Of a stretch of 64,000 nt of DNA, positions 46,201 through 56,376 are shown piece after piece (position 1 is the stretch's first letter; each line of letters opens with the position of its first letter). The stretch covers positions 366-64,365 of IMG/VR virus record IMGVR_UViG_3300035204_001725. One strand, given 5' to 3'. Below the pieces are notes generated by a model, which saw nothing but the letters and a program-made list of their open reading frames with translations, was not told the DNA's origin and ran no database searches. Origin of the DNA: a virus (taxonomy: Duplodnaviria; Caudoviricetes). The translations under genes were made by a program, and so were the position numbers.

Positions 46201-49200
46201 GTGTAGTATTATGGGACTTCGGTAATTTAAAATTAAGCAATACCAGCGGGTACTTTTCTATGCATGGTCCAGACGGGGATGTTACAGATTATTTCGATCC
46301 AGAGCTGGTTGAAACGCAAGATAACGGGAAATCGCTTCTTGAAAATAAATTTATTCATTGCGCGGTTCAAAGAAGGGATAACGCGCTCCAGCTTTGGATG
46401 GACGATTACGATGAGAAAGGCAATAAGTACTTTAATATCGTTGCTGAAGATGAACAAGCGTTGGGAACAATTACGGGAATAGTCGGATCGCCTTATAATA
46501 GCGCTAGGGCAATAGGGAGTACGATAACGGGAACGAATTTCTTTACCGGGTGGATAGACGAGGTTAGAGTATGGAAAGAGGCTATATATGACGGTGTTAT
46601 CGTAGACGGTGGGCCTTCAGTGAATGGCATACATGTAAGTTATAACACTTATTATCGATGGGATTTTAGATATGGGCATAGATCTACTCATCATTGGAAG
46701 TATAAAAACTTGACTCATGTTAAAGCTTGCGAGGGGGATAAGATATTTCTCAGCGTCAGCGTCAAAACGGTTTATGACCCTAGATGGAGTACCCTTCGTC
46801 CTTTGCCTTACATTATAGAATGGTATAAAGACAACATACTCATAGCTGTGGTTAATAGCGAAGCGGGTTTTGCCGGAGCGCAAATACTTCCCAGTCTAAT
46901 AGGCGGCGCGGGTGGAGGTATTAGTTTAAATCAATATAACTATGGGGAACTTCAAATTAAAGCTGACCAAGGCAATGCAGGGTACTATAACGCCGTTGTT
47001 AAAATGGGTCCCGTTAATAGACCAAAATATATATTTAGATATCCCCCGATTGTGCCCGTGCGCCTTACTTGTAACGAATGTCCGGTTGTTTACCCTCCGC
47101 CTCCCCCACCCCCGAAGGCGGCTTTAATTCAAGTTTGCCCCAGTAATCGAATTGTCGAATTAGGAGCTAATGTAACCATAAGGGGCACTTTTTGGTGCCC
47201 GAACTGCTGGTGGGCAAAAGTGGCTCCATGGGGGCCATGGTGGCAAGGTACAGAAACCGTCGGACCCAAGAAGCCAATAAAATGGACGTGGACCAATAAG
47301 GGAAGAGGTATACAAAAGGATGGGTGTGATCCTAACGTGCCGTCCGGTCTGCTAAGTGGCGGCACTTACGGTCAACCGTGCTGGCCACAGTCCAAACTAA
47401 CATTTAATAACATAAGAAAGAGTATTAAAGGTCCCATATGCGTCGAGGCCGAAGACGGTGATGGATACACTCATGGACCGGTTTGCTGTAGCGGCATCAC
47501 ACTTAAATTACCAAATATAGAATGCCCCATTATTACTAATATACAACCCGACACGAGCACAAAAACATGGACCGTTACGAATTACCAGTATCGAAACCCA
47601 CGGTGGTATTATCGTATGTTATATTACTATTGTAAATATTTTTCTGGTTCACTTCAAGCTGCTCACGGATTAACGCAAGCGGATATAAAACTAAGTTTTG
47701 ACGTAACTGACCCAAATGTAGCAGAGTTGCTAACTGGCGGGTACACTGTATCGTGGAGGATGTGGGGAAGTGATTCTTCACCTACAACGGGTAACCCTAT
47801 AAATATTCGTGTTCCCTCGACAGGCTATACGCTAGGCGGGACCAGCAGGACATATACAATAAACGAGCACTTTAATGGAGTAGTAGAGGCTCTTATCCAA
47901 TGGGTTAATTACCCTAATGGGACAATATCACAGGACCCCGAGGGTAGAAATCAACACGGAAAGGGAGCCTTGATTAGCTGGAGTATAAATTTTCCAGAAT
48001 GTCACGAGCCTTATGTTACCGCGACTCGTCCATATATATCAGGTAGTTATATTCCCGGGAGAACGTCTGTGATTTATCGTTGGTGGGCGAGGGCGTCTAG
48101 TGCTGGCATCTACATCGCGGGATCTCATAACAGCATAACAACAAATCAATTAGGGCGGACAGGGAGAGAAATGGATATATCAGAGCAATCTATAGCTCTA
48201 CAGCCATGCACGTCTGTGGAATTTTCTCACGGATTCCTTCAGGAAACTCCCGGTAGGCTAGCGTGGTTTAAAAAAGATGCGTGGAACAATAGGGGTCTTA
48301 CAAAAACGATTGGGGTTCAGGGGACTATTGCGGGAATAAATGGCCCACAAATAACCTACAATCCGTATGCATTTGCGACAGGCGGTATGGGATTTAATAC
48401 GTATTATATGTCGAATCCTCCTGACCGAGCTGTTTTTGAAAAGACTTTCTATAGCGGTGATAGCGGCTATTTTGACATCGTATTCAAAAATGACTGCGGC
48501 GAAAGAAGACTAAGATATAACGTAACTGTTAATCAACAGCGTCCACCTCTACTCAGTCCGGGCGGTAGCTATGGTACGGGCGGTACACATAATCGTTTCG
48601 GAACGTCGTACTTCAACCCCCCGACGGCTTTAACTTTTTATTATCAAGAATGGTTATGGTGGAACTGGCCCGCTCAACAATATGAATTATATTATAAAAG
48701 ATGGCCATCGCACAGCTTGAGTTATATATCCGCATTTCATATGGGGTCTTGTTCTTGTAACAGGATAACGGTTAATGGCAAAGTAGTAAAAAATTGGGGT
48801 GATAATTGGGATTATAATTCTACTGGATTTACGGTAACAGGAAGCTCGGGAAGTCCTCAATATAATCTTATAACACTAAGCGTATTTCATGACCGAAACG
48901 CTTGGCCGAACGATAGCAATACAATAAAGTTTGAGATATCTAATAATTTGCCGTGCGCCCCTTCGCCGTCGTGCTGCTCTCAAGGACAGATCACAAGCTT
49001 AACATATACAGTTAATTTTAATACATTACCAAGATTTACTAGTCCTATGCTAAATCATTGGTGGACTTGCGGTTGGTGGGGAGGTGCAGGTGGGAGCTTG
49101 ATTAATTATGGATGGCAGTGGCCTTGGACTAGACGATTTGGAGACTGGGGTCGAAGGTCATATTGTTGGTATTATACCCCCACCAGCGGAGGGTGGATTA

Positions 49201-49301
49201 CTATGAACGTCATTTACGCGGCAAGTAGAGCAAACAGAATGGGCTCCGGAAGGGGGTATGCATTAACCCCGTTAACTACCACTCCAAATATAGCCCCATA
49301 A
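43239..49301 (+). CDS. Giant virion/adhesin protein with LamG, Ig-like and Cys/Trp-rich regions
   Basis: Two LamG modules (DFTIDFW..., DFTIECW...), Ig-like EWYKD...AGYYNAVV, and a PPPPPPP linker. Confidence 0.75.
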   Translation: MRNHPQPLRRNSALHRELDDLILWLKYEDNFDDSSYYQQKTTPFNPHPIPITQEVIENPVFDFNNFTHDKSSARYNLAGYPPLTDLYVYDYNKADKYVYDAADQIPDSVAARFKNITLTSSDGNNDGVNASSSAIEAQHLTLGPHVDFGDYTLEFRYPDIVRVYKKTDLGDTGFISEKRLGTENTVDQFRVGTSMALPTRKFTVDWENNEKSTPFNLDPNAEYNTLPNEEVDLFLRKLVCIDPDEQSRDEHFSKVSLLVQSMDDDGSTKTTFKDSSVWSHDIQVDIDTQNYINGVQGATDPWVEHSLPVTVNGIRTGGGRVGTSAINFKEQVIDAQRYSYIEKKGFLKIADNSAFDLTADFTIDFWVQPGVTNGKKKVPFFARGNYHPNALNFNPGLARQENKHNILINHTNGEVECMMRGPRTISFSGNPAAHYQTHYAIIAKLSSSQTGIKLKSDQWNHIAFTRDDDSFFLHINGEFAAEASSTITPAEFSKEFSGGLISIGNEIGDLLAGHPYHYLQGNSIDADNFSGYIEDFRVTKGVARYTKDPFVPPVVESPQSMNKSEGLLVMLNKGDEANPQRTETIVCYSITETGKDLSFSNPRMWSLKDYNDKWGTSWNFINDIRYDRKGRLFYAPVSDGPTIFAGGRRTATGKVGIAVFEITSVNGTDQLRIANSVAGYDRVGIFNSGPIIRLETSNGAGNCRTEINASGLWWSNFAVSNNNLYASEYYWFGTNCSKMGVRITRWEWVGGYLEHKGAILAFVYDEETDCDITRTSPLAVSEDGEYLYALIYKHGCDASKGQVLKAFKIAADGSLSVAAADVSNTKWSSEKFYQTIRCVGGFLFVYYQTQTVNDPSLGAAPPSHYSPYWTDVYELKNGRLDIIYNAYEKYLAGENPILFRYVNDKIAWAVQYDKDKLVEPTYKVMSLPGGVTHTKSRHPQSVLVSGSGVYSLSTDFDSAGLFNLEEDFTIECWAKFKGIPKGSDDNPGVVLWDFGNLKLSNTSGYFSMHGPDGDVTDYFDPELVETQDNGKSLLENKFIHCAVQRRDNALQLWMDDYDEKGNKYFNIVAEDEQALGTITGIVGSPYNSARAIGSTITGTNFFTGWIDEVRVWKEAIYDGVIVDGGPSVNGIHVSYNTYYRWDFRYGHRSTHHWKYKNLTHVKACEGDKIFLSVSVKTVYDPRWSTLRPLPYIIEWYKDNILIAVVNSEAGFAGAQILPSLIGGAGGGISLNQYNYGELQIKADQGNAGYYNAVVKMGPVNRPKYIFRYPPIVPVRLTCNECPVVYPPPPPPPKAALIQVCPSNRIVELGANVTIRGTFWCPNCWWAKVAPWGPWWQGTETVGPKKPIKWTWTNKGRGIQKDGCDPNVPSGLLSGGTYGQPCWPQSKLTFNNIRKSIKGPICVEAEDGDGYTHGPVCCSGITLKLPNIECPIITNIQPDTSTKTWTVTNYQYRNPRWYYRMLYYYCKYFSGSLQAAHGLTQADIKLSFDVTDPNVAELLTGGYTVSWRMWGSDSSPTTGNPINIRVPSTGYTLGGTSRTYTINEHFNGVVEALIQWVNYPNGTISQDPEGRNQHGKGALISWSINFPECHEPYVTATRPYISGSYIPGRTSVIYRWWARASSAGIYIAGSHNSITTNQLGRTGREMDISEQSIALQPCTSVEFSHGFLQETPGRLAWFKKDAWNNRGLTKTIGVQGTIAGINGPQITYNPYAFATGGMGFNTYYMSNPPDRAVFEKTFYSGDSGYFDIVFKNDCGERRLRYNVTVNQQRPPLLSPGGSYGTGGTHNRFGTSYFNPPTALTFYYQEWLWWNWPAQQYELYYKRWPSHSLSYISAFHMGSCSCNRITVNGKVVKNWGDNWDYNSTGFTVTGSSGSPQYNLITLSVFHDRNAWPNDSNTIKFEISNNLPCAPSPSCCSQGQITSLTYTVNFNTLPRFTSPMLNHWWTCGWWGGAGGSLINYGWQWPWTRRFGDWGRRSYCWYYTPTSGGWITMNVIYAASRANRMGSGRGYALTPLTTTPNIAP

Positions 49302-49309
49302 TAATATTT

Positions 49310-52300
49310 ATGACGCAGACAGTTAAAGTATATACGTTTGAATGGAGTGCTCTTTGCCCCTGCGGCCTTGAGTTCCCTGACGGTTTACCTGTCGGCTTCA
49401 CTCTGGTCGGCGGAACCAAGGGGGATGACGGAAAATATTCATCTCCGCCAGAATTACATATAACTGAAGACGTTGTCGCCGGGGAATATGAAATACAGGT
49501 AGTTTTAGTAGATGTCAATAATGTAAAATCTAATGATCCTAGATTCGGTGGGGATGGAGAGATATTTAAGATAGGCCCGCTCCTTATCCTCGAAGATAGT
49601 TTTATGGCCGTTGCTACGATGGCAGCTGATTTACAGGTACAATTTCAAAATATAGGTTTGTGCGAGGGCGGTTGTAATGCAGAAAATAAATTTATTAAAT
49701 TAGATGATAGTATAAATGATATTAACTCAACATATAAGCTGTCTAGAATTAGTACTAACACCAACGAGATAATCTGGGCTTATACTGGACTTGAAGATCC
49801 TATGCCTTTTGATAGGGGAATCTCTCCGACTCCCCCATTTAAATCTGAAACTATTTGCAATGACACAAATTCAAATTTATGCACAGGGTATGGAGTAAAA
49901 GGGGTCCTATATTATGAAAGAGATTTTTCTGCGGAAGAAGACGATTGTTCTTGCGGGGGAATTAATACGCCGGGATACGCTAATATACGCGCTAAGTTAA
50001 CGCATAATGCCTGTCCAGACTTAGAAGTCTTCGATAAGAAGGGAGATATATTTGAAATAAGTTATGACGGTGGGAGTTGCGATACCAGTGGGAATCTTTT
50101 TTATGCGAAATATTGCGAAGGAGATCCTTATACGGCATTGGGAGGAGAGGCATGGACGAATGTCCGTACTGACTGCGAGGTAAGCGGTATAGCGTGTGAT
50201 AATAAAGTCGTTGGAATCGGTGGGCAAGCCTATACCTCTTTTGATAATTGTGGGAATTTTAGTGAGATAATTATAAAACAAACCCCGACGCCTTATCCTA
50301 GCTGTACCGTTACGTTAACGCCGTCTGAGACCGCTACGTCTTCGGCCTCTGATTCGGCAACCGAAAGCGCTTCCCCTACGGAGAGCGCGTCAGTTGCTCC
50401 ATCAGAAACGATCACTCCGTCAGTTTCGCCGACATTTACGCCAAGTGAAACGACTACCCCTACCGCATCCGCTACGGACTTTCCGTGGAGCGGTGTTTTG
50501 TTTTCAGTGAAGTCGTGCGCATCCTCGTTCACCGCTTATCCGGGGGAAATTTTCTCTTGTATACTCGATCCAAGTAACTTTAAAATTCGTAATAAATTTG
50601 CTATACCGGGAAGCGATGACATATTAAAAATAAATAATATATGCTACACGAGTGAAGACATACATTCTGACCGGACTCGTCCGGATATGATTTATTTAGA
50701 GAGAAACGAATTTGGTGATCCGATCTACTCAAATGATAGTGCGAGTATTTATGGTGGCTTTAATAATTACTATACCCTAATGGGTGGACAAAATCTAGAG
50801 TCAATGGAGAAAAGCTGGTGGGACGCAAGAATTAGTGATACGGTATATGCTAGCTTAAGTGACGCTTTAAATAGCGTGGATAGTAATTGGTCTACCGTAG
50901 CAGGTTGTGATGACTGCGCTTCCGCTACAGCTTCATTGTCCCCCACTGCCACCGCTACGTTAACGGCGTCTCCGACGATTACGCCGACAACCTCGCTTAC
51001 TTTGACGCCGTCAGTTTCACCAACCGCTTCAATAAGTCCCACACACTCGCCAAGTGTTTCGGCGACGGCAGCCGCACAGGATTGTGATTATAGCGTAAAG
51101 TTCGAGTTGCATTGGCCCAAGTCAGACACGATCTTTAATTGGTTGGATGACGGCGATGGTCGTGATCACGATGAAGATAAGCCTCGCCGCCGCATCGAAA
51201 AAGGCACCCCTGTCGATTATGATCTTTATGTTGCAGCCGCCACGGACCAATCTACGATTTATAGACAGACTGGAGTTTATTTTAATAATACTCACCAAGA
51301 ATCTCTAGTTTCTGAATGTCCGTGGAGTTTAGATTTTAAGGAAGACGTTTATAAGGACTGTAAAGATGAAACGCTTGGAGGCTCGGAGGCTCATCCTCCA
51401 GAAATAATTGAAGGTCGTTTTAGTAGCGACGCTACTGTTGCTGTTTGGTATAATCGATACAATCAGCAATGTGGGGGAGTGATGTCGTGGCTACAAAATT
51501 TTGGCCCGGACCCCAATGACAGATTAGAGCCCCCGCATAGAATAGGGTTACCCCACGGTAACCGACAGGTTCAAAGCGTGGTTACGGTTAGAAACCATGG
51601 AACCTCCAGCATCAAAGTCACCAATCCTTTTGACGGCCAAGTGACGACTATTCCCGGAATTTTATCTACTTGGCAACCGGGTCAGGAAATAACTTTCGTA
51701 GGGGGAGGGGATACGGTGGGGGAACCGGGCTTTATGTTTGATCCTCAAGACGGTGAACGGCCAGACGTGCCCACTAACTGTCACCTCTGGAAAATAGAAA
51801 CAGACTGCTCTTGTCCTTCGACGACTGCTAGCCCATCTGCTAGTCATTCAATGACCCCATCGTTGACCGCTTCGCTATCAGCATCACCAAGTCCGACGGC
51901 GTCGTTAAGCCCGACAGCGTCTTTAAGCCCGACAGCGTCGTTAAGTCCGTCGGAATCGCCGACACCGTCCGCTTCGTTATCGGATGCGCCGTCCACTACG
52001 TTAACTGCGTCAGCGACACCGACCGCTTCGCTGTCAGCATCATCAAGCCCTACAGCGTCGTTAAGCCCGACAGCGTCGTTAAGTCCGTCGGAATCGCCGA
52101 CACCGTCCGCTTCGTTATCGGATGCGCCGTCCACTACGTTAACTGCGTCAGCGTCGTTAAGCCCGACAGCGTCGTTAAGTCCGACAGCGTCGTTAACGCC
52201 GTCAGCTTCGCCAACGTTATCGGCGTCGCCTACGATTTCACCGACCATCTCGCCATCAGCGTCGTTAACGCCGTCAAATTCGGCAAAGTTAACGGCGACG

Positions 52301-53149
52301 CCTTCGATTTCACCGACCATCTCGCCATCAGCGTCGTTATCACCAACTATGTCGGCATTAGCTACGCCAACGGCGTCAGATGAAGAAGCGACATGTTGGG
52401 GCTGTATAGAAGTCGCGGGTCATACTGTTGATAGACTTAACGGTATTTGGGAAAGATTAAGCTCTACACATGGAGGCAAAGCAGCTTGGCATAAATACAT
52501 CGGTGACAGTGGTATCTTTAACGATGCTTACATATATCATAACCCCGGAACAAGTAGGTGGGAAATGAGTTACTCTAGTTACAACGGTACCGGCACGGGA
52601 TATGCTTGGTTTGGATACGCAGATGTTGGGACGCAAGATTGCCCGCCGCCACATGATACCACCCTACTATATGTTGATAACTTTATCGAAGGTGCTTGTT
52701 CAGAGTGCGATAGCAGTGGATCGGCTTATTTCGATGTTGCTCCGAGCTATGACTGTACCACTAATACTAATACGCCATCTGCTACGGTGACGGCATCGGC
52801 ATCCGAAGAAGGTACAGAGGACGAATCTGCGTGTCCTGATTGCGTGGATAGCGGCGAGACGATTGAGGGGATAAAGTACAAGGTTTTCGAAGCGGTGGAA
52901 TGTAATCCGAATGACGGTTATTACCCAACCGGTCCGACTGTCTATGTTTGCGAAGAGAGCGTTGACGCGGTATCGTCTAATGTCCCATACTTTACTAGGG
53001 CTACATCTTGCATTGATCCCAATGATATAATTTGTGTGAAAATCGATTACGCCGACGACGTTCGTGATCAGCAGTTTGATGCCACAAGAGTCGTAACATC
53101 TAATATTGGAACTCATTGTGACGACTGTACTGATACGTTAGACGATTAA
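49310..53149 (+). CDS. Cys-rich virion protein with mucin-like Ser/Thr/Pro/Ala linkers
   Basis: Three long (S/T)P(S/T)xSx tracts separate Cys-rich globular segments. Confidence 0.75.
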   Translation: MTQTVKVYTFEWSALCPCGLEFPDGLPVGFTLVGGTKGDDGKYSSPPELHITEDVVAGEYEIQVVLVDVNNVKSNDPRFGGDGEIFKIGPLLILEDSFMAVATMAADLQVQFQNIGLCEGGCNAENKFIKLDDSINDINSTYKLSRISTNTNEIIWAYTGLEDPMPFDRGISPTPPFKSETICNDTNSNLCTGYGVKGVLYYERDFSAEEDDCSCGGINTPGYANIRAKLTHNACPDLEVFDKKGDIFEISYDGGSCDTSGNLFYAKYCEGDPYTALGGEAWTNVRTDCEVSGIACDNKVVGIGGQAYTSFDNCGNFSEIIIKQTPTPYPSCTVTLTPSETATSSASDSATESASPTESASVAPSETITPSVSPTFTPSETTTPTASATDFPWSGVLFSVKSCASSFTAYPGEIFSCILDPSNFKIRNKFAIPGSDDILKINNICYTSEDIHSDRTRPDMIYLERNEFGDPIYSNDSASIYGGFNNYYTLMGGQNLESMEKSWWDARISDTVYASLSDALNSVDSNWSTVAGCDDCASATASLSPTATATLTASPTITPTTSLTLTPSVSPTASISPTHSPSVSATAAAQDCDYSVKFELHWPKSDTIFNWLDDGDGRDHDEDKPRRRIEKGTPVDYDLYVAAATDQSTIYRQTGVYFNNTHQESLVSECPWSLDFKEDVYKDCKDETLGGSEAHPPEIIEGRFSSDATVAVWYNRYNQQCGGVMSWLQNFGPDPNDRLEPPHRIGLPHGNRQVQSVVTVRNHGTSSIKVTNPFDGQVTTIPGILSTWQPGQEITFVGGGDTVGEPGFMFDPQDGERPDVPTNCHLWKIETDCSCPSTTASPSASHSMTPSLTASLSASPSPTASLSPTASLSPTASLSPSESPTPSASLSDAPSTTLTASATPTASLSASSSPTASLSPTASLSPSESPTPSASLSDAPSTTLTASASLSPTASLSPTASLTPSASPTLSASPTISPTISPSASLTPSNSAKLTATPSISPTISPSASLSPTMSALATPTASDEEATCWGCIEVAGHTVDRLNGIWERLSSTHGGKAAWHKYIGDSGIFNDAYIYHNPGTSRWEMSYSSYNGTGTGYAWFGYADVGTQDCPPPHDTTLLYVDNFIEGACSECDSSGSAYFDVAPSYDCTTNTNTPSATVTASASEEGTEDESACPDCVDSGETIEGIKYKVFEAVECNPNDGYYPTGPTVYVCEESVDAVSSNVPYFTRATSCIDPNDIICVKIDYADDVRDQQFDATRVVTSNIGTHCDDCTDTLDD
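51820..52380 (+). repeat. Imperfect 18-bp tandem array (ASLSPT) with a 93-bp exact duplication
   Basis: GCGTCGTTAAGCCCGACA-type units; 51923-52015 equals 52061-52153; 52233-52267 equals 52305-52339. Confidence 0.9.
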
Positions 53150-53163
53150 AGGAGATATAAAAA

Positions 53164-55428
53164 ATGGCTAAATTACCACAATATCCTTCATTATTTGAGG
53201 AATGTAATAAACCAACTATGGAAAAGCCGCCACCGGTGGTGTTGTTTAGTTGTATTTATGAGTTTGTTTCTGTTTTAGATTGTGCTGCAAGGGGAATGAC
53301 TCAAAACGATTCAATTTATAATGATATTAATGGAACAATAATAACTATATCAGTGGGGGTTTTTAATAATTTAAGCGTGACTATGCTCGCGCCCGGCAAC
53401 TCAATAATTACCGTTGGCGCACCCGTTACACATCCATGGAGCTTGGGATACGTAACTGCCGCGAACTGGAAAATATTAGCGATTGATCAAGGGATGAGAA
53501 ACGTAAATACTATTACTGGCGGGCCGGGATGGATACACACTCCTCACCACAATGCTTTGTCTAATACAAATCGCTGGAAAGTAGCAAAATTTTATTATGA
53601 AACTAGGACTTACTTGCCCAAATGGGACCCGGAGACCGGAGTTCTAACCGAATTCAAGTGTCCAATATTCACAAGTTATAGCCCTCCTTCGCCTACCGCG
53701 GACTGGTGGGAGCAACACGTAACTTGTCCAAAATATTATGAGCTAAAAGCTTGTACTAGTTGCAATGCGGAAACATCTAATATCCCGAACGTTCTGGTTG
53801 AATCAAGCGATGACAACATGGACTCCCCCATAATTAACGCCAAGCCTGTTGGCGCGAAAGACAATACGGGCGCTTACCAGTGCTATGACGTAATTAGTAA
53901 GCCACAGGGAGAAGGGGTAAGAACAGATTCCGATTTATATCTAGCGCCTCCGCCGAATCCTGTTCCGGGCCAACTTAATACTTTTTATAAAAACCTAGTT
54001 ATAGAAAACTTTACTGGCGGTAAAGACAATTTATACAAGAACTATAAAGACTGTCAAGAATGTCGATTACCCTATATACTTATAACGTCTGATGTCGCCA
54101 ATTGCGAGAGCGAGGGGTGTGACGCTGCGCTTGTTGGTCGAATAAATATAATAAACGCTTGGGATCAGCAGATACAGGACTGGGTTGATGCTGGAAATCT
54201 AAATATTTATAGCCTTGATAAAAATGCTAATAATGACGCCTTTTTTAATAAGCATGGTCAAATCTTTTACTTTTGGGAATTTACTGGGGCAGCTTTAAAT
54301 ATTAAGGGTCGATGCAAAAAAGCGTACCTTATCGATATACCCAGCCTGCGGAGCGTCGGTAGTTGCGCTCATAAAGATATAATTGACAGGGCTCTCGCGA
54401 ACAACATGGGAGATATAGGATCAAGGATTCCTGACGCACAAATATATAAGACCACTTGCACGTGCGAAACTGGAGGGGGATATATCGGAAGCCCAATCGA
54501 TCAAAGTTCGGCGTGGAAGGCGTGTCACCCATTGAGCGGGTCTTTAACAATTTTAACGCACCCAACTAATCAAGAAGTTGACGAAGGAGAAGATGCTATA
54601 TTTTCAACTAGCGTGACCGCTCCAAATGCTTTTTTTAATTGGAGGATTGAGAAGCCGGGGTTAATACCGGGAACGGTAATGGCGTCAAGTAACCTGTGGA
54701 ATGGAATGACTTGGAATGAAACGGATTCAAGCGGGGTTAGGAGAACTATATCAGTTAGTATATCTAACACAACAGCATTTGGGGTAAGGTATAGTACTAT
54801 AACTTTAAAAAACGTATCAACGAATATCAGCGAATGGAACGTAGTGTGTACGATAAATAACGGATTGGGAACGACCAAACAGACAAACAGGGCTATGCTC
54901 GTGGTAAATGAAACTGCCAAGAAAATTATATTAGACTCCACAACGGTGACCCTCATGAAAATTAGCTCTTGGTGTATCGACAGTTTCGACCCAGTCGCGA
55001 GTGGATACGATGTGAAACGGGGAGCGCTATCTATAGATAATGAGTATCGTTGGGTCGTGGGGGATTTTTCTGCTTGGAAAAATAAATGGTTTCTAACGTC
55101 AACGACAGGCGCGAACTTGCGAGCAACGTGCTTGTCTTCGGCGTGGGACTGTAAAAAGATAGGCGGAATAGAATATGCGAGTAACTTACCGCGATGTAGC
55201 ATTTTTTGGGACGGTCTTGACTCGGCCGGCACACTAAATCAGCGCCCGATAGCTTTTAAAATAAACGAAATTACCGCAACGACAACTTGGAAATACCTCA
55301 AGAGGAGGTACCCTTTCGTAAAGGGGATTACTCCTAAATCTAAAGGTAATGAAACAAATAGGTGGCAATTAGGAATTCTTAGCGGCCCGTATAACAAATG
55401 GGATGAGATACCATATGTCGTAAGTTAA
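53164..55428 (+). CDS. Cys-rich virion protein with an Ig-like domain
   Basis: ILTHPTNQEVDEGEDAIFSTSV...FNW...L.....C.I.N..G......A.L.V I-set pattern; AGGAG RBS. Confidence 0.7.
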   Translation: MAKLPQYPSLFEECNKPTMEKPPPVVLFSCIYEFVSVLDCAARGMTQNDSIYNDINGTIITISVGVFNNLSVTMLAPGNSIITVGAPVTHPWSLGYVTAANWKILAIDQGMRNVNTITGGPGWIHTPHHNALSNTNRWKVAKFYYETRTYLPKWDPETGVLTEFKCPIFTSYSPPSPTADWWEQHVTCPKYYELKACTSCNAETSNIPNVLVESSDDNMDSPIINAKPVGAKDNTGAYQCYDVISKPQGEGVRTDSDLYLAPPPNPVPGQLNTFYKNLVIENFTGGKDNLYKNYKDCQECRLPYILITSDVANCESEGCDAALVGRINIINAWDQQIQDWVDAGNLNIYSLDKNANNDAFFNKHGQIFYFWEFTGAALNIKGRCKKAYLIDIPSLRSVGSCAHKDIIDRALANNMGDIGSRIPDAQIYKTTCTCETGGGYIGSPIDQSSAWKACHPLSGSLTILTHPTNQEVDEGEDAIFSTSVTAPNAFFNWRIEKPGLIPGTVMASSNLWNGMTWNETDSSGVRRTISVSISNTTAFGVRYSTITLKNVSTNISEWNVVCTINNGLGTTKQTNRAMLVVNETAKKIILDSTTVTLMKISSWCIDSFDPVASGYDVKRGALSIDNEYRWVVGDFSAWKNKWFLTSTTGANLRATCLSSAWDCKKIGGIEYASNLPRCSIFWDGLDSAGTLNQRPIAFKINEITATTTWKYLKRRYPFVKGITPKSKGNETNRWQLGILSGPYNKWDEIPYVVS

Positions 55429-55434
55429 TTTTAA

Positions 55435-55445
55435 GTGTAATTATA
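55435..55445 (+). promoter_or_regulatory. Putative phage late promoter (GTGTAATTATA)
   Basis: Recurrent motif 4 nt before ATG 55450. Confidence 0.6.
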
Positions 55446-55449
55446 TAAT

Positions 55450-55929
55450 ATGAAAATAGTAGACGTCGCAAATGAGTTATATATGGAATTGGGGGAACCC
55501 ACTTCCCTTTCGGTTCCAGCCATTGCCTTTTGGATAAGGACCAATTTGGGCAATTTGAACGCTAGGCTTAACACCGTTTATAATATGGGTAGCGACTTTG
55601 AGATCACGCCGGTGTTGGGATTAAAGGAAAAGGATATTTTTAAAAAGCTTTATTTGATTCATCACTACGATTCTCAGCTAAGATCTTCCCTAGGCGCGGC
55701 GTCTACAGACACTTGGGTAGAGATCTCATCTGATGGCACGTCGGTTCGCAGAGTAAATAAGATACAACAGAGCCAAACTTATCAAACCGCGAAAAGGGTT
55801 GAGCTAGAAGAGCTAGAAAGGTTGGTGGCATCCTATAAGATGAGCGCTTCTTCCCCGTTGCAAATCGCTGGAGACGATACGGTAGAAGGAAGCTATTCGC
55901 CAGACAACATTAACATTAGGGGAGAATAA
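55450..55929 (+). CDS. Head-tail adaptor (neck) protein
   Basis: Helical N-terminus, then a W.EISSDGTSVRR beta-hairpin; first gene of the neck cluster. Confidence 0.55.
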   Translation: MKIVDVANELYMELGEPTSLSVPAIAFWIRTNLGNLNARLNTVYNMGSDFEITPVLGLKEKDIFKKLYLIHHYDSQLRSSLGAASTDTWVEISSDGTSVRRVNKIQQSQTYQTAKRVELEELERLVASYKMSASSPLQIAGDDTVEGSYSPDNINIRGE

Positions 55930-56376
55930 ATGGGTAGTTTATTAACAGACGCAGACAAACTTTCGTTTAAGAATTCAATCATTGATTTGTTTGATACTTT
56001 TTCTAGGTCTATAGTTATACATAAAGAACCTAAAAAAATCGTGTCCCAAACTAATCCAGCCAGCCCTCCTTTACCGGGTTACGGAAACGATGCAAGTCCG
56101 GCTAACATCGAATATGTTCCCGAATCGAAAACCTTTAAAGCGATGATCAGGTATAACAATAAACAGAGTATTGAAACCGATCACTTTGCAGGGACGCAAA
56201 TCCCCACAGGCATGGTAGCTATTAAAGTTCAAGAAGATGCTAGAGACTATATAAATATCGGGAAAACGGAAAAGGTCGTATTAGATGGAAAGTCATTTAA
56301 GATCGCTAGTAGCGACGCCGTAAAGGACCATTTCGGTTATGCTCTGTATGTTTATTTTATAGAAGAAATTAAATAA
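55930..56376 (+). CDS. Head closure/stopper protein
   Basis: 148 aa, beta-rich, LDG..F.I motif, neck-cluster position. Confidence 0.5.
   Translation: MGSLLTDADKLSFKNSIIDLFDTFSRSIVIHKEPKKIVSQTNPASPPLPGYGNDASPANIEYVPESKTFKAMIRYNNKQSIETDHFAGTQIPTGMVAIKVQEDARDYINIGKTEKVVLDGKSFKIASSDAVKDHFGYALYVYFIEEIK

Noticed and set aside
51844-52320. Minus-strand ORFs with VGLNDA repeats (also 50293-50532 and 50770-51042)
   Set aside because: They are antisense shadows of the Ser/Thr/Pro repeats in ORF 49310.
54570-55232. Long antisense ORFs (220 aa here; 200 aa at 39842-40444)
   Set aside because: Both lie fully within well-supported + strand genes and show no recognisable motifs or expression signals.
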